Below, in pieces: positions 47,391 through 62,386 of a DNA stretch of 64,000 nucleotides (its first letter is position 1; every line of letters starts with the position of its first letter). Under the pieces are notes generated by a model. That model worked only from the letters and a program-made list of their open reading frames with translations. It did no database searches and was not told the origin of the DNA. This DNA comes from Macrostomum lignano (lineage: Eukaryota), in the NCBI GenBank assembly GCA_002269645.1, contig NIVC01000099.1:1-64000 (forward strand). The letters are read 5' to 3'. Position numbers and translations under genes: made by a program.

Positions 47391-49046
47391 TATCGAATTG
47401 GCTTCTATTGCTTTAGGCTCGTTCACAGGTTTTTGAATAATAAAATTACATTAGTCTGCGGGTACACTGTTACACCTAAAATCTTACGATCTGCCAACAG
47501 CTTCAGTTTTATATCCCTGCAGCCCTAGCCTTCTCACTAGCCTGCATGCTCAAAATATGAATAAATCAAAGCAAAAAAAATTAAATGGGTGATGATTTTC
47601 ACCTGACTAATATTGTCCATTAGGAGCTCCCACTGTGTTGGGTTGGTTTTTAAGTTTGGTGGAAGTGGTGAGGATGGGGATAATAGCCCAGCTGCAGATA
47701 AACTATACTACTCGAGAATGGAATGATTGAATTATTGCAAACCGGGATCAGGATCCCGATGGTCAATTTCGGGATTTTCGAATCCTGGACAATTGTGATC
47801 CCGGAATTTCGGGATCCCGAGCGATTGATTTGTATTCCCTACGCTGCACACTGCCAACAAAACCGGCCAGAGCTTGCATGGTGTCAGGGGTCCTCTTTGT
47901 ACATGTAATTTGTTGGCTTTAAAAATGTTTCTTTTATTGCTACAAAGATCAAGTTGCAAAGCGTATGGCATACTTTAAATGCAATTTGGCTTACGGCAGG
48001 GATGGGCAAGACTCCGGCCCACAAACCCCTCTATTCGGCCCTCAGGTCTTAAAGTCCTTTGAAACTTCACGATATCAATCCATCTCGCTTAAGGTCTCTC
48101 TAGTATTCTCTCGCCTCTCCTCTCTTTCCATTCCTTCCCTCTCTGTACCTTTCTCCCATTCTCTGGCCCGCAGTCAAGCTAGCTAGATTCTCTATCTCGC
48201 TTGCGGTATTAAAGTTATTGCGGACCCCTGGTGTACGGACGGTGACGGTCGTCAAAAACAATAGCTACTGGGTATTTGAGCTGCATAAGGATTTATTGCA
48301 TTTGAGATTTTGGTTTCCACATGTACTAATACACTGCAGCTGCAGTTTAAAACATCACGTACTGGTAGCCAGGTAGCGGGAAACGGGGATACATGCGCGT
48401 CATGTAGGGTGCTTTTAGTTCGCTGTAGAATCGCTGCTAATTAATTTTGCCGTGAAAATCGGCATACTTTAAAATTTGCGGTTACCTGAAAAGGGCCGTT
48501 TTAGCGTTCAATTCAAATTGTAAGTGCTTATCCCCATGGTCCCATGCCGATAATTCTAATTTAATCCACTTCCACACGGATCTGTATCAATAATTATGCT
48601 AGACTAGCATCTAATGATAAGCCGAGGATGAACTGCCTATACTGGCTATAGTTTTCCACTTATCAGATTGACATTCGTAAAGCTTCTCAGAAATAAGGAG
48701 CATTAGGGATATATCTAGAATCATCTTAATTTTGTATTGTAATGAGCTAAAAATTTAATTTTACTAATAAATTGCTGTACTTAATTGCATCAAGGTAACA
48801 AACCATACATGTAGACTAGACTTAAATGCATGTATTATAGATTCACTAGATTTAGAACTAGATAGAATTCGGATGCAGAATTTAAATGCCTATTTTATTG
48901 TCAGATAAGTCATACGTAATTCCAGAGTGTCAACACAAATGTGTATTAGTTTAGCAGCTTGGAAGTTAGGTCGTGCCTAGTGGCTGTGCTGCTGTAGTGC
49001 AAGTCATAGTTTTGTCTTGCGATTTACGACATCATTTAAATGTGGT

Positions 49047-49062
49047 GGCCCTGAAAAGGGCC
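49047..49062 (-). terminator. Histone 3' stem-loop of H3
   Basis: GGCCCTTTTCAGGGCC-ACCAC. Confidence 0.95.
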
Positions 49063-49145
49063 GTTTTAGCGTTCAATTCAAATTATGCTAGACTAGCATC
49101 TAATGATAAGCCGCGGATGAACTGCCTAATGAATTCAAAGGCAGC

Positions 49146-49580
<435 letters not shown>

Positions 49581-49646
49581 TTAGGTAGGTGGCTGATGGT
49601 TGAAGATAGTTAAAAGTTTATAACTTCAATTGTGCGCAGACTATGC

Positions 49647-49706
49647 TTTATATGTAGTCTGTACTCATTAGTATAATTTATTACAACAGTTCTGATTGGC
49701 TAAGAA
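49647..49706 (-). promoter_or_regulatory. H3 promoter: TATAAA and CCAAT box
   Basis: TATAAA at 49652-47. TCTGATTGGCTAAGAA (+ strand) at 49691 is shared with the H2A promoter. Confidence 0.6.
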
Positions 49707-50329
49707 AAAAGTTAAAATATTCAACGAACCTTTTCATCTTCCTATATACTAAAAATGAAATGTCTGTAACTAACTAGCTATGCGATAGATTTCAGAAAAA
49801 ATGGCTCAACCGATTTTCTTTAAACTTGCACCATTCGATCAGAAATGTTCCTGGGACGGTACATGTATCTTGGCTAAGAAATTGCTCAATGTTAAAGGGA
49901 TTAAATATTCGAAAAACATGCTTTTTTGCAAAGGTCAAGCAAAATTTTTGACTTGAAATGCATTGTAAGAATGCTAGAGAAAAAACTGACTGGCTGAATT
50001 ACGATTGTGATAAAGATTGCATCACAACAAGTTGAAAACAGTGCCACAGAAACGCACACAAGACTTCATTTAAATTGCGTAACCATATTGCTAACTTAAA
50101 TTCAGACTGATACTGGCTGACTGAGAAATTGATTATGTCATAACTTTTTACTCTAACCGACTTGCTATAAGTATTGAATTATAAGGGCCACAAGTCATGT
50201 TCTCCAATTGAAAAGAGATAGCCGGATGCAAACAGACTGGAATGCTAATGTAGCGACCTTGGTTCGAATCTTAGTAGTGAAAAATGTTTTTTTTTATTAA
50301 AACACCTTAAAAACACAAAATTCTAAACA

Positions 50330-53300
50330 TTAAAGAGCCACCATTTCAAACCTAAAAGAGCCACCATGTCAAACATTAAAGAGCCACCATTTCAAACCTA
50401 AAAGAGCCACCATGTCGAACATTAAAGAGCCACCATGTCGAACATAAAAGAGCCACCATATCAAACATTAAAGAGCCACCATTTCAAACATTAAAGAGCC
50501 ACAATGTCAAACATTAAAGAGCCACCATTTCAAACCTAAAAGAGCCACCATGTCGAACATTAAAGAGCCACAATGTCAAACATTAAAGAGCCACCATTTC
50601 AAACCTTAAAGAGCCACCATGTCGAACATTAAAAAGCCACCATGTCAAACATTAAAGAGCCACAATGGCAAACATTAAAGAGACACCATTAAGAACATTA
50701 AAGAGCCACCATGTCAAACATAAAACAGCCACCATTTCGAAAATTAAAGAGCCACCATTTTAAACATTGAAGAGCCACCTTGTCAAATATTAAAGAGCCA
50801 CAATGTCAAACATTAAAGAGCCACCTTATCAAACATTAAAGAGCCACCATGTCGAACATAAAAGAGCCACAATGTAGAACATAAAAGAGTCACCATGTCA
50901 AACAGTAAAGAGCCACCATGTAAAACATTAAAGAGCCACCATGTCGAACATAAAAGAGGTACCATGTCAAACATTAATGACCCACCAGGTCAAACATGAA
51001 AGTGCCACCATGTCAAATATTAAAAAGCCACCATGTCAAACATTAAAGAGCCACCAGGTCAAACATGAAAGTGCCACCATATAAAACATTAAAGAGCCAC
51101 CATGTCAAACATTAAAGAGCCACCAGGTCAAACATATACATGACTTCATGTCAAACATTAAAGAGCCACCATGTCGAACATAAAAGGGCCACCATGTCAA
51201 ATATTAAAGAGCCACCATGTCAAACATTAAAGAGCAACCAGGTCAAACATGAAAGTGCCACCATGTAACACATTAAAGAGCCACCATGTCGAACATTTAA
51301 GAACCACCATGTCAAACATTGAAGAGACACCATGTCGAACATAAAAGAGCCACCATGCAAAACATAAAAGAGCCACCATGTCTAACATTAAAGAGCCACC
51401 ATGGCAAACATATACATGACTCTGTGTCGAACAATCAAGAGCCACCATGTCAAACATATACATGACTCCATGTCAAACGTTAAAGAGACACCATGTCAAA
51501 CATTAAAGAGCCACCATGTCAAACATTTAAGAGCCACCAGGTCAAACATGAAAGTGCCACCATGTAAAACATTAAAGAGCCACCATGTCAAACATATACG
51601 TAACTCCATGTCAAATATTGAAGAGACCCCATGTCAAACATTAAAGAGCCACCACGTCGAACATAAAAGAGCCACCATGTAAAACATATACGTAACTCCA
51701 TGTCAAACATTGAAGCGACACCATGTCGAACATAAAAGAGCCACCATGTCGAACATTAAAGAGCCACCATGTCGAACATAAAAGAGCTACCATGTCAAAC
51801 ATTAAAGAGCCACCATGTTAAACATAAAAGAGCCATCATGTCAAACATATAAGTGACTTTATGTCGAACATTAAAGAGCCACCATGTCTAACATTAAAGA
51901 GCCACCATGTCCAACATTAAAGAGCCACCATGTCAAAAATTAAAGAGCCACCATGTCTATCATTAAAGAGCCATCATGTCAAACATTAAAGAGCTACTTT
52001 GTCTAACATTGAATAGCCACCATGTCAAACATTAAAGAGCCACCATGTCAAACATTAAAGAGCCACCATGTCAAACATAAAAGAGCCACCTTTTTGAACA
52101 TTAAAGAGCCACCATTTCGAACATTAAAGAGCCACCATGTCAAACATAATAGAGCCCCCATGTCAAACATAGAAGAGCCCCCATGTCAAACATAGAAGAG
52201 CCCCCATGTCAAACATTAAAGAGCCACCATGTCCAACATATACATGACTCCATGTTGAACATTCAAGAGCTACCATGTCAAACATATACATGACGCCATG
52301 TCGAACATAAAAGAGCCACCATGTCGAACATTAAAAAGCCACCATGTCAAACATTAAAGAGCCACCATTTCAAACCTAAAAGAGCCACCATGTCGAACAT
52401 TGAAGAGCCACCATGTCGAACATTAAAGGGCCACCATGTAAAACATTAAAGAGCTACCATATCAGACATATACATGACTCCATGTCAAACATATACGTGA
52501 CTCCATGTTAGACATTAAAGAGCCACCATGTCGAACATTAAAGAGCCAACATGTTAAAAATACAAGAGCCACCATGTCAAACATATACATGACTCCATGT
52601 CAAACATTGAAGAGACACCATGTCGAACATAAAAGAGCCACCTTTTTGAACATTAAAGAGCCACCATTTCGAACATTAAAGAGCCACCATGTCAAACATA
52701 ATAGAGCCCCCATGTCAAACATAGAAGAGCCCCCATGTCAAACATAGAAGAGCCCCCATGTCAAACATTAAAGAGCCACCATGTCCAACATATACATGAC
52801 TCCATGTTGAACATTCAAGAGCTACCATGTCAAACATATACATGACGCCATGTCGAACATAAAAGAGCCACCATGTCGAACATTAAAAAGCCACCATGTC
52901 AAACATTAAAGAGCCACCATTTCAAACCTAAAAGAGCCACCATGTCGAACATTGAAGAGCCACCATGTCGAACATTAAAGGGCCACCATGTCAAATATTA
53001 AAGGGCCACCATGTCAAATATTAAGGAGCCACCATGTCAAACATTAAAGAGCCACCAGGTCAAACATGAAAGTGCCACCATGTCTAACATTAAAGAGCCA
53101 CCATGGCAAACATATACATGACTCTATGTCGAACATTCAAGAGCTACCATGTCAAACATATACATGACTCCATGTCAAACATTAAAGAGACACTATGTCA
53201 AACATTAAAGAGCCACCAGGTCAAACATGAAGGTGCCACCATGTAACACATTAAAGAGCCACCATGTCGAACATTTAAGAACCACCATGTCAAACATATA

Positions 53301-55490
53301 CGTGACTCCATGTAAAACATTAAAGAGCTACCATATCAGACATATACATGACTCCATGTCAAACATATACGTGACTCCATGTTAGACATTAAAGAGCCAC
53401 CATGTCGAACATTAAAGAGCCAACATGTTAAAAATACAAGAGCCACCATGTCAAACATATACATGACTCCATGTCAAACATTGAAGAGACACCATGTCGA
53501 ACATAAAAGAGCCACCTTTTTGAACATTAAAGAGCCACCATTTCGAACATTAAAGAGCCACCATGTCAAACATAATAGAGCCCCCATGTCAAACATAGAA
53601 GAGCCCCCATGTCAAACATAGAAGAGCCCCCATGTCAAACATTAAAGAGCCACCATGTCCAACATATACATGACTCCATGTTGAACATTCAAGAGCTACC
53701 ATGTCAAACATATACATGACGCCATGTCGAACATAAAAGAGCCACCATGTCGAACATTAAAAAGCCACCATGTCAAACATTAAAGAGCCACCATTTCAAA
53801 CCTAAAAGAGCCACCATGTCGAACATTGAAGAGCCACCATGTCGAACATTAAAGGGCCACCATGTCAAATATTAAAGGGCCACCATGTCAAATATTAAGG
53901 AGCCACCATGTCAAACATTAAAGAGCCACCAGGTCAAACATGAAAGTGCCACCATGTCTAACATTAAAGAGCCACCATGGCAAACATATACATGACTCTA
54001 TGTCGAACATTCAAGAGCTACCATGTCAAACATATACATGACTCCATGTCAAACATTAAAGAGACACTATGTCAAACATTAAAGAGCCACCAGGTCAAAC
54101 ATGAAGGTGCCACCATGTAACACATTAAAGAGCTACCATGTCGAACATTTAAGAACCACCATGTCAAACATATACGTGACTCCATGTAAAACATTAAAGA
54201 GCTACCATATCAGACATATACATGACTCCATGTCAAACATATACGTGACTCCATGTTAGACATTAAAGAGCCACCATGTCGAACATTAAAGAGCCAACAT
54301 GTTAAAAATACAAGAGCCACCATGTCAAACATATACATGACTCCATGTCAAACATTGAAGAGACACCATGTCGAACATAAAAGAGCCACCTTTTTGAACA
54401 TTAAAGAGCCACCATTTCGAACATTAAAGAGCCACCATGTCAAACATAATAGAGCCCCCATGTCAAACATAGAAGAGCCCCCATGTCAAACATAGAAGAG
54501 CCCCCATGTCAAACATTAAAGAGCCACCATGTCCAACATATACATGACTCCATGTTGAACATTCAAGAGCTACCATGTCAAACATATACATGACGCCATG
54601 TCGAACATAAAAGAGCCACCATGTCGAACATTAAAAAGCCACCATGTCAAACATTAAAGAGCCACCATTTCAAACCTAAAAGAGCCACCATGTCGAACAT
54701 TGAAGAGCCACCATGTCGAACATTAAAGGGCCACCATGTCAAATATTAAAGGGCCACCATGTCAAATATTAAGGAGCCACCATGTCAAACATTAAAGAGC
54801 CACCAGGTCAAACATGAAAGTGCCACCATGTCTAACATTAAAGAGCCACCATGGCAAACATATACATGACTCTATGTCGAACATTCAAGAGCTACCATGT
54901 CAAACATATACATGACTCCATGTCAAACATTAAAGAGACACTATGTCAAACATTAAAGAGCCACCAGGTCAAACATGAAGGTGCCACCATGTAACACATT
55001 AAAGAGCCACCATGTCGAACATTTAAGAACCACCATGTCAAACATATACGTGACTCCATGTAAAACATTAAAGAGCTACCATATCAGACATATACATGAC
55101 TCCATGTCAAACATATACGTGACTCCATGTTAGACATTAAAGAGCCACCATGTCGAACATTAAAGAGCCAACATGTTAAAAATACAAGAGCCACCATGTC
55201 AAACATATACATGACTCCATGTCAAACATTGAAGAGACACCATGTCGAACATAAAAGAGCCACCATGTCAAACATTAAAGAGCCACCATGTCAAACATAA
55301 AAGAGCCACCTTTTTGAACATTAAAGAGCCACCATTTCGAACATTAAAGAGCCACCATGTCAAACATAATAGAGCCCCCATGTCAAACATAGAAGAGCCC
55401 CCATGTCAAACATAGAAGAGCCCCCATGTCAAACATAGAAGAGCCACTATGTCAGACATTGAAAAGCCACCGTATCAAACATAAAAGATA
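50330..55490. repeat. 23-bp satellite (GAGCCACCATGTCAAACATTAAA)n with an 874-bp higher-order repeat
   Basis: Identical variant patterns recur at 52505, 53379, 54253 and 55127 (874 = 38 x 23). Confidence 0.95.
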
Positions 55491-55574
55491 CACAATTTCA
55501 AACGTAAAAGTAAGCGAATTTTAAAGGAGCCGCTATAATGCTAAGGAAATTGTCGCACTAGCTACTTATTGTCT

Positions 55575-56025
55575 GGTGGATGCTTGCTATTTGGGGATGC
55601 TATCTATCTCGGGGATGCTTGCTATCTGGGGGATGCTTGCTATCTTGGGATGCTTGCAATCTGGGGGATGCTTGCTATCTGGGGGATGCTTGCTATCTGG
55701 GGGATGCTTGCTATCTGGGGGATGCTTGCTATCTGGGGGATGCTTGCTATCTTGGGGGATGCTTGCTATCTGGGGATGCTTGCAATCTGGGGGATGCTTG
55801 CTATCTTGGGGATGCTTGCAATCTGGGGGATGCTTGCTATCTGGGGGATGCTTGCTATCTGGGGGATGCTTGCTATCTGGGGGATGCTTGCTATCTGGGG
55901 GATGCTTGCTATCTGGGGCATGCTTGCTATCTGGTGGATGCTTGCTATCTGGGGGATGCTTGCTATCTGGGGGATGCTTGCCATCTTGGGGATGCTTGCT
56001 ATCTGGTGGATGCTTGCAGTCTTGG
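55575..56025. repeat. 18-bp minisatellite (GGGGATGCTTGCTATCTG)n
   Basis: About 25 copies. Confidence 0.95.
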
Positions 56026-57702
56026 GATGATTTCTTTTTGCAATGCACTTCATTTGAGCAGTTTGTCTGTTGTCTTTTTGAAGGATTTTTGGCTGTCTTT
56101 TTGTTACTTGTAGAAAACAGAGATTCTATCCAGATGTCCCCCATCGGGGGGCGAAGATTGCTAGTTCTTTACTAACAGTAGGCAATGCCTAATTCAAAAT
56201 TTAGTGTTTGGCCCTGCCGCCTAAGGGCCCTGGGCCTAGGCCACTGAGGCCAGAATCAACACTAAAAAGGCTTTTAACAACTTCTTTACAACCAATTTAC
56301 AATTTTTTAATTTCACATTTTAAGCCATTGATTGCACAATCCACATTCCCGCCAGACTTAAACAGTTGTATTTTTGTCCAAAGGCAAAGGTATTACTATC
56401 AGATATCAAAGTATAATGATCATTACGTACTCTCCAATCCAAATAATTAACCAATTCTCACTTTTAGACCACCAGAATGCGTCCATTTCATCGAAGTTTC
56501 GAAATGCTACTTTTTATCTCGTAGTGGCCTCAGGAACTTAGGAATCGAAAAACCATTCTTCGATTGATGCGCTGTGTTCATGTTCATGGTTTGTTGGGGA
56601 AGCTATACAAAGCGCACACTCGTTGAAAATGGCAATTTATAACGCATGAGTTGTAGTGTTAATGTGTTTAATGTGTAATAATGATAACTGTATGATGCAT
56701 GTGCAATGCATTGCATGTACTGTAAGGGTATATGTACACCGGTACATGTTAATTGCATACCACTTTCTAAGCAATTTAATGAATTATGTACGAAAGTACG
56801 AGCTACATGTGCAGACGGCAACGGCAAGGTTAAGAGAAAATAAGTAATACTGTACATGTATTAAACAGTCATTATGGTTGGATTGTCCGCGGATAACCCC
56901 GGCTTTTATGCTACCGACATCCTGATTAATTATTAGTAAAAAGGTCACGCAGTTCATCGCTATTCTCGCATTTATACTGTTATTCTGAAGTATGTTATGT
57001 ATGACTTACAAAATTCTTCGCCCTTAAAAGGGCCGTTTTAGCATTTATTTAAGATAACGTAACCGGTCACTAACATCTAGCAAGACCCGTGCATCGGTTT
57101 ATTGCAGATTTCAAATTTAAACAATTACACGCCAGCACAATTTTTGGATACTTAGATAAACTACACAAGCATTCAAAGCTGTTTTTACTCTTGAGAGTCA
57201 GTCTACCAAGACAAGCAGAACCTGGATTAGATTTACATTGACATTTGACTGGGCTAAATGGCCTAGAAAATTTTTACATTATCCTGACTCGTTGAACCAT
57301 TAAATTAGTCAGACTAGGATCCAGAATAAATCTTGAATTTGAGTCTTACTTGCTCGACTTGAAGTTTTTAACCAAGTCCAAATGCTATGCATTCTTTAAA
57401 TTTCGCATATTTTTATTTTTAGTTGAACTTTTGAGAGAGTTTAATGGGCTATACAGATGCAATGAAGATAATAAGAATGTATTTCTGCAATGCTTTTGCG
57501 GCTGTCTCATGTTATTGTTATCTTGGGTGAGTATGCAGAGATGCAGACTACATCGATTTCCATACCAGCGATTAAAAGGACAAGTCACAGGACTGACTTA
57601 GGCTAAGCGATACTGTATGTGAAATGCTTACAATTTTATACAATCGTCAATCGAGATTAACACGAACAGGATGAAGACACGACTACATCATCTTAATGTG
57701 GT

Positions 57703-57718
57703 GGCCCTGAAAAGGGCC
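57703..57718 (-). terminator. Histone 3' stem-loop of H2A
   Basis: GGCCCTTTTCAGGGCC-ACCAC. Confidence 0.95.
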
Positions 57719-57822
57719 GTTTTAACGTTCTTAAGAGCGCAGCAATTACTTGCTGTCGCTGTCTGGCTGGGATCTAGCAAAAGATGCGCTCAGCCTTATA
57801 GCGTCCGTTATGCGTAGACTGT

Positions 57823-58236
<414 letters not shown>

Positions 58237-58282
58237 CTACGGTTAAGAGTTGTATAGCAGTATGGAAACGCTCCTCTGTGAA

Positions 58283-58357
58283 ATATATAGGCTCTTGTTC
58301 CTACAAATAATCTTAGCAACGGTTAGCAACGGGGCTGAATTCTGATTGGTTAAGAAG
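58283..58357 (-). promoter_or_regulatory. H2A promoter: TATA-like and CCAAT box
   Basis: TATATAT at 58289-83 and TCTGATTGGTTAAGAA (+ strand) at 58341. Confidence 0.55.
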
Positions 58358-59065
58358 TTTCTAAGTTAAGACAAAAATTAGCAAGTAAAATTTTACTTGT
58401 TACTCTACTAACAGTAACACAATAAGAACACGTTAATTTTGCAAATTTGCAAACATTCTTGAATTAGATGGATACATTGCAATTTATATTTTTTTATTCA
58501 CAGAGCCGGGTAAACATGCAAAACAAAAATTGTACTTAATCTCTCCCCGACTGTCGAGTTGCACAAAAAATTGGTTGACACGTAGCTTTTCCGAGTCGGA
58601 CAATGCTGTATAAAAACATGAGATAAAATTTCTTAGCTGACGAAATTTTTTTAGCTGACGAAAGCATTGGCATTTAGGAATCTTTTAGGACCACCGAGGC
58701 CTTAAATTTGACCCGAGGGCCCAGCTGCAACGCCGTCCAAAATCCTGAGGGCCTCGTGATTCAGGCCGAGAGTTACTGTCAGCCTGTACAGGAGTCCTGC
58801 TGCTAACCTTAACTACAGAACCCGTTCATGATGCGTTGTTTGGTGTCGTCTGCCCGAATTTACTTTTCAGTGTGGCGTCTTTTGTTGTCATTTTTAGAAA
58901 GCAGAGTCAAGGAATTTTTTAATTGTGATGAAATTAAGTGATTTGCAATAGTCATCCTATGGGTTTGATGTGATTGTGCATTGCCATTTAAAAGCACTCT
59001 ATACAAGTTAAATGTAAACAACTATCAGCACACAGCTTTTGTTCACATAACTGCATCACTGCCAG

Positions 59066-59449
59066 CAGGGGCGTCGCCAACGGGGGGACAGGGGGGCATG
59101 TCCCCCAGTAAAAGATCTGGGGGGCATGCCAATGCTTTGTCCTCCCCACCACACTTTGTGGCCCTTTGTGCAAATCAATAATTTTGCTGCATGGCGACAA
59201 AACACAGCACCTGCAGCGCTAAAATGAGTGTTTGTGGCGCTAAAATGAGTCCCTGTGGCGCTGAAATGGTGCCTGCGGCGCTAAAATAAATGCTTGTGGC
59301 GCTATAATGAGTCCCTGTGGCGCTAAAATGAGTGCTGACAACACCGATTCTGAAAAGAATGTACATGTAGGAATTTAGTCGTTTACATGTACATGTAGAA
59401 TTCTTGGCTTTGTCCCCCCCCCACCATAAAATCCATGGCGACGCCCCTG
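59066..59449. mobile_element. hAT MITE, 384 bp
   Basis: Perfect 14-bp TIR CAGGGGCGTCGCCA and perfect 8-bp TSD ACTGCCAG. Confidence 0.93.
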
Positions 59450-60014
59450 ACTGCCAGCATGCACGAGAGTATATATAGACACTTTTACCCTTAGGCCAAT
59501 GTACTTTATTAACCTTATAGAGCAAGTGTACTTATACCTAGGGATTGCAAAATCCCGGTTTTTTGCGATCCCGGGATCTCGGGATTTAATCCCGTAGTAA
59601 TATTTTAAAAAAAAATATGCGCTTAACGTATTTTTGCTTCCATTTTTGATTGTTATAGAGATAATGATCTTTTGTATATGAAAAACAGCATTATCTTGTG
59701 ACGTATTTAAGTAAGTAGTATAAAAGTACTGTTAGTAGTAAAGAAGCTAATCATATATCAAAATTTACATTGGAATACATTTCACATTTGAATCTACATG
59801 TATTTTCGCAGAGCGATTGACTGCAGCTCACTGCAAATGACGAAATTATAAGCCTTTCCAACTCTCGCTCAGACGCGGCGGGGTCTTAAGGGTGGTGGCT
59901 GATTATTAGTTGTTGCTGAGACTCTGAGAGTATAAACTCGATATACCTTACACACTCTGACAAGGAATATTAATTGCAAATTGCTAACAATTGAATCTGT
60001 TTTCAAACTATAAC

Positions 60015-60395
<381 letters not shown>

Positions 60396-61045
60396 AACTA
60401 TGACAAGTTTGAGCTACATGTAGCCAGCGAGTAGAAAGCTTTCAGTTAAAACGGCCCTTTTAAGGGCTATATATTAATGTAGCCATGGAATACAAAGTTT
60501 AAATATTTTAATCTCATCTGCGTTATCAAATGTCTTACTAAGCTATTAAAATATTAATATTGAACGATCTGTGCTTCGCTCGGACTGATTAATTATATGC
60601 AATTATATGAGTAACAGTTTTAAATGAATCAGATTTTTTTCTAAATGCTAAAAATGAGTTGCGTTGGCCTACTGTTTTTTAAATTAAGATTTGGCAAAAG
60701 AAACAAATCCGACAAACGGAACAGTCCGATAATTTCTCAGATCGCCGGCAAAGGCACAGAGAGACAGAAGTGGAAAAGCAGTTGCAGAGCATAAAATGAA
60801 GTTATAATTTTGTGTAAAAGCGACAGCTTTGCCAGCTCAGCAAACGCTTCGTTGCCGAAAGTTGGTTAAAAACAGAAATGCCTTCCGGAGTAAAAAGACG
60901 AATTAATTTCTCAAACAAGCATCAATAAAGTACAGTTTGACAGACGGATAAGGCAATTTGTACCCACGGATGCAAGAGGCGAATATCTAGGAATTGCACA
61001 CGACAGAGCAGATCATGAAGATAATAACAAAAAACTCGTTTTGAG

Positions 61046-62386
61046 CAGGGGTCGGCAATTTTTAACCCAAGAGTCAGATAGAGACTGCGGGCTGGAGGAG
61101 AGGAGAGGAGAGGAGAGGAGAGGAGAGGGGAGGATTAGAGAGAGGGGAGGATTGGAGAGGGGAGGATTGGAGAGGGGAGGATTGGAGAGGGGAGGATTTG
61201 GAGAGGAGAGGAGAGGAGAGGAGAGGAGAGGAGAGGATTGGAGAGGAGAGGAGAAGAGAGAAGGGAGAGAAGAGGAGAGGAGAGGAGAGGATTGGAGAGG
61301 AGAGGAGGGGAGAGGAGAGGAGAGGAGAGGAGAGAATTAGAGAGGAGACGAGAGGAGAGGAGAGGGGAGGAGAGGAGAGGAGGGGAGAGGAGAGGATTAG
61401 AGAGGAGAGGAGAGAAGAGGAGAGGGGAGGGAGGAGAGGAGAGGAGGGGAGAGGAGAGGACTAGAGAGGAGAGGAGAGGAGAGGAGAGGAGAGGAGAGGG
61501 GAGGGGAGGAGAGGAGAGGAGAGGAGAGGAGAGGAGAGGAGAGGGGAGGATTAGAGAGAGGGGAGGATTGGAGAGGGGAGGATTGGAGAGGGGAGGATTT
61601 GGAGAGGAGAGGAGAGGAGAGGAGAGGAGAGGAGAGGATTGGAGAGGAGAGGAGAAGAGAGAAGGGAGAGAAGAGGAGAGGAGAGGAGAGGATTGGAGAG
61701 GAGAGGAGAGGAGAGGAGAGGAGAGGAGAGGAGAGGAGGGGAGAGGAGAGGAGAGGAGAGGAGAGGAGAGAATTAGAGAGGAGACGAGAGGAGAGGAGAG
61801 GGGAGGAGAGGAGAGGAGGGGAGAGGAGAGGATTAGAGAGGAGAGGAGAGAAGAGGAGAGGGGAGGGGAGGAGAGGAGAGGAGGGGAGAGGAGAGGACTA
61901 GAGAGGAGAGGAGAGGAGAGGAGAGGAGAGGAGAGGGGAGGGGAGGAGAGGAGAGGAGAGGAGGGGAGAGGAGAGGAGAGGAGAGGAGAGGAGAGGAGAG
62001 GAGAGGAGAGGAGAGTATTAGAGAGGAGAGGAGAGGAGAGAATTAGAGAGGAGAGGAGAGGAGAGGAGAGAATTAGAGAGGAGAGGAGAGGAGAGGAGAG
62101 AATTATAGAGGAGAGGAGAGAATTAGAGAGGAGAGGAGAGGAGAGAATTAGAGAGGAGAGGAGAGGAGAGAATTAGAGAGGAGAGGAGAGGAGAGGAGAG
62201 GAGAGGAGAGGAGGGGAGAGGAGAGGAGAGGAGAGAAGAGAGGAGATTAGATTGGAGAGCTGAGAAGAGACACAAGCCTTGAGCGGGCCGGATCGGTATT
62301 GTGCAGTTTCAAAGGACCCGAGGGCCGGACAGAGAGGCTTTGCGGTCAGCATGTAAGACCCGTAGGCCGCAGTTCGCCGACCCCTG
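61046..62386. mobile_element. Charlie-like hAT MITE inflated by an internal (GGAGA)n array
   Basis: TIRs CAGGGGTCGGCAA / TCGCCGACCCCTG; TSD GTTTTGAG/GTTCAGAG (6/8 match); array at ~61095-62260. Confidence 0.75.

Noticed and set aside
47740-47825. CGGGAT/ATCCCG clusters (also 59540-59600, starting TAGGGATTGCA)
   Set aside because: Probably hAT end fragments, but no paired TIR or TSD was found.
50225-50280. tRNA-like GGTTCGAATC B-box
   Set aside because: No complete cloverleaf; at most a SINE relic.
51227-54495. Recurrent 80-aa ORFs in the satellite
   Set aside because: A by-product of the 874-bp higher-order repeat.
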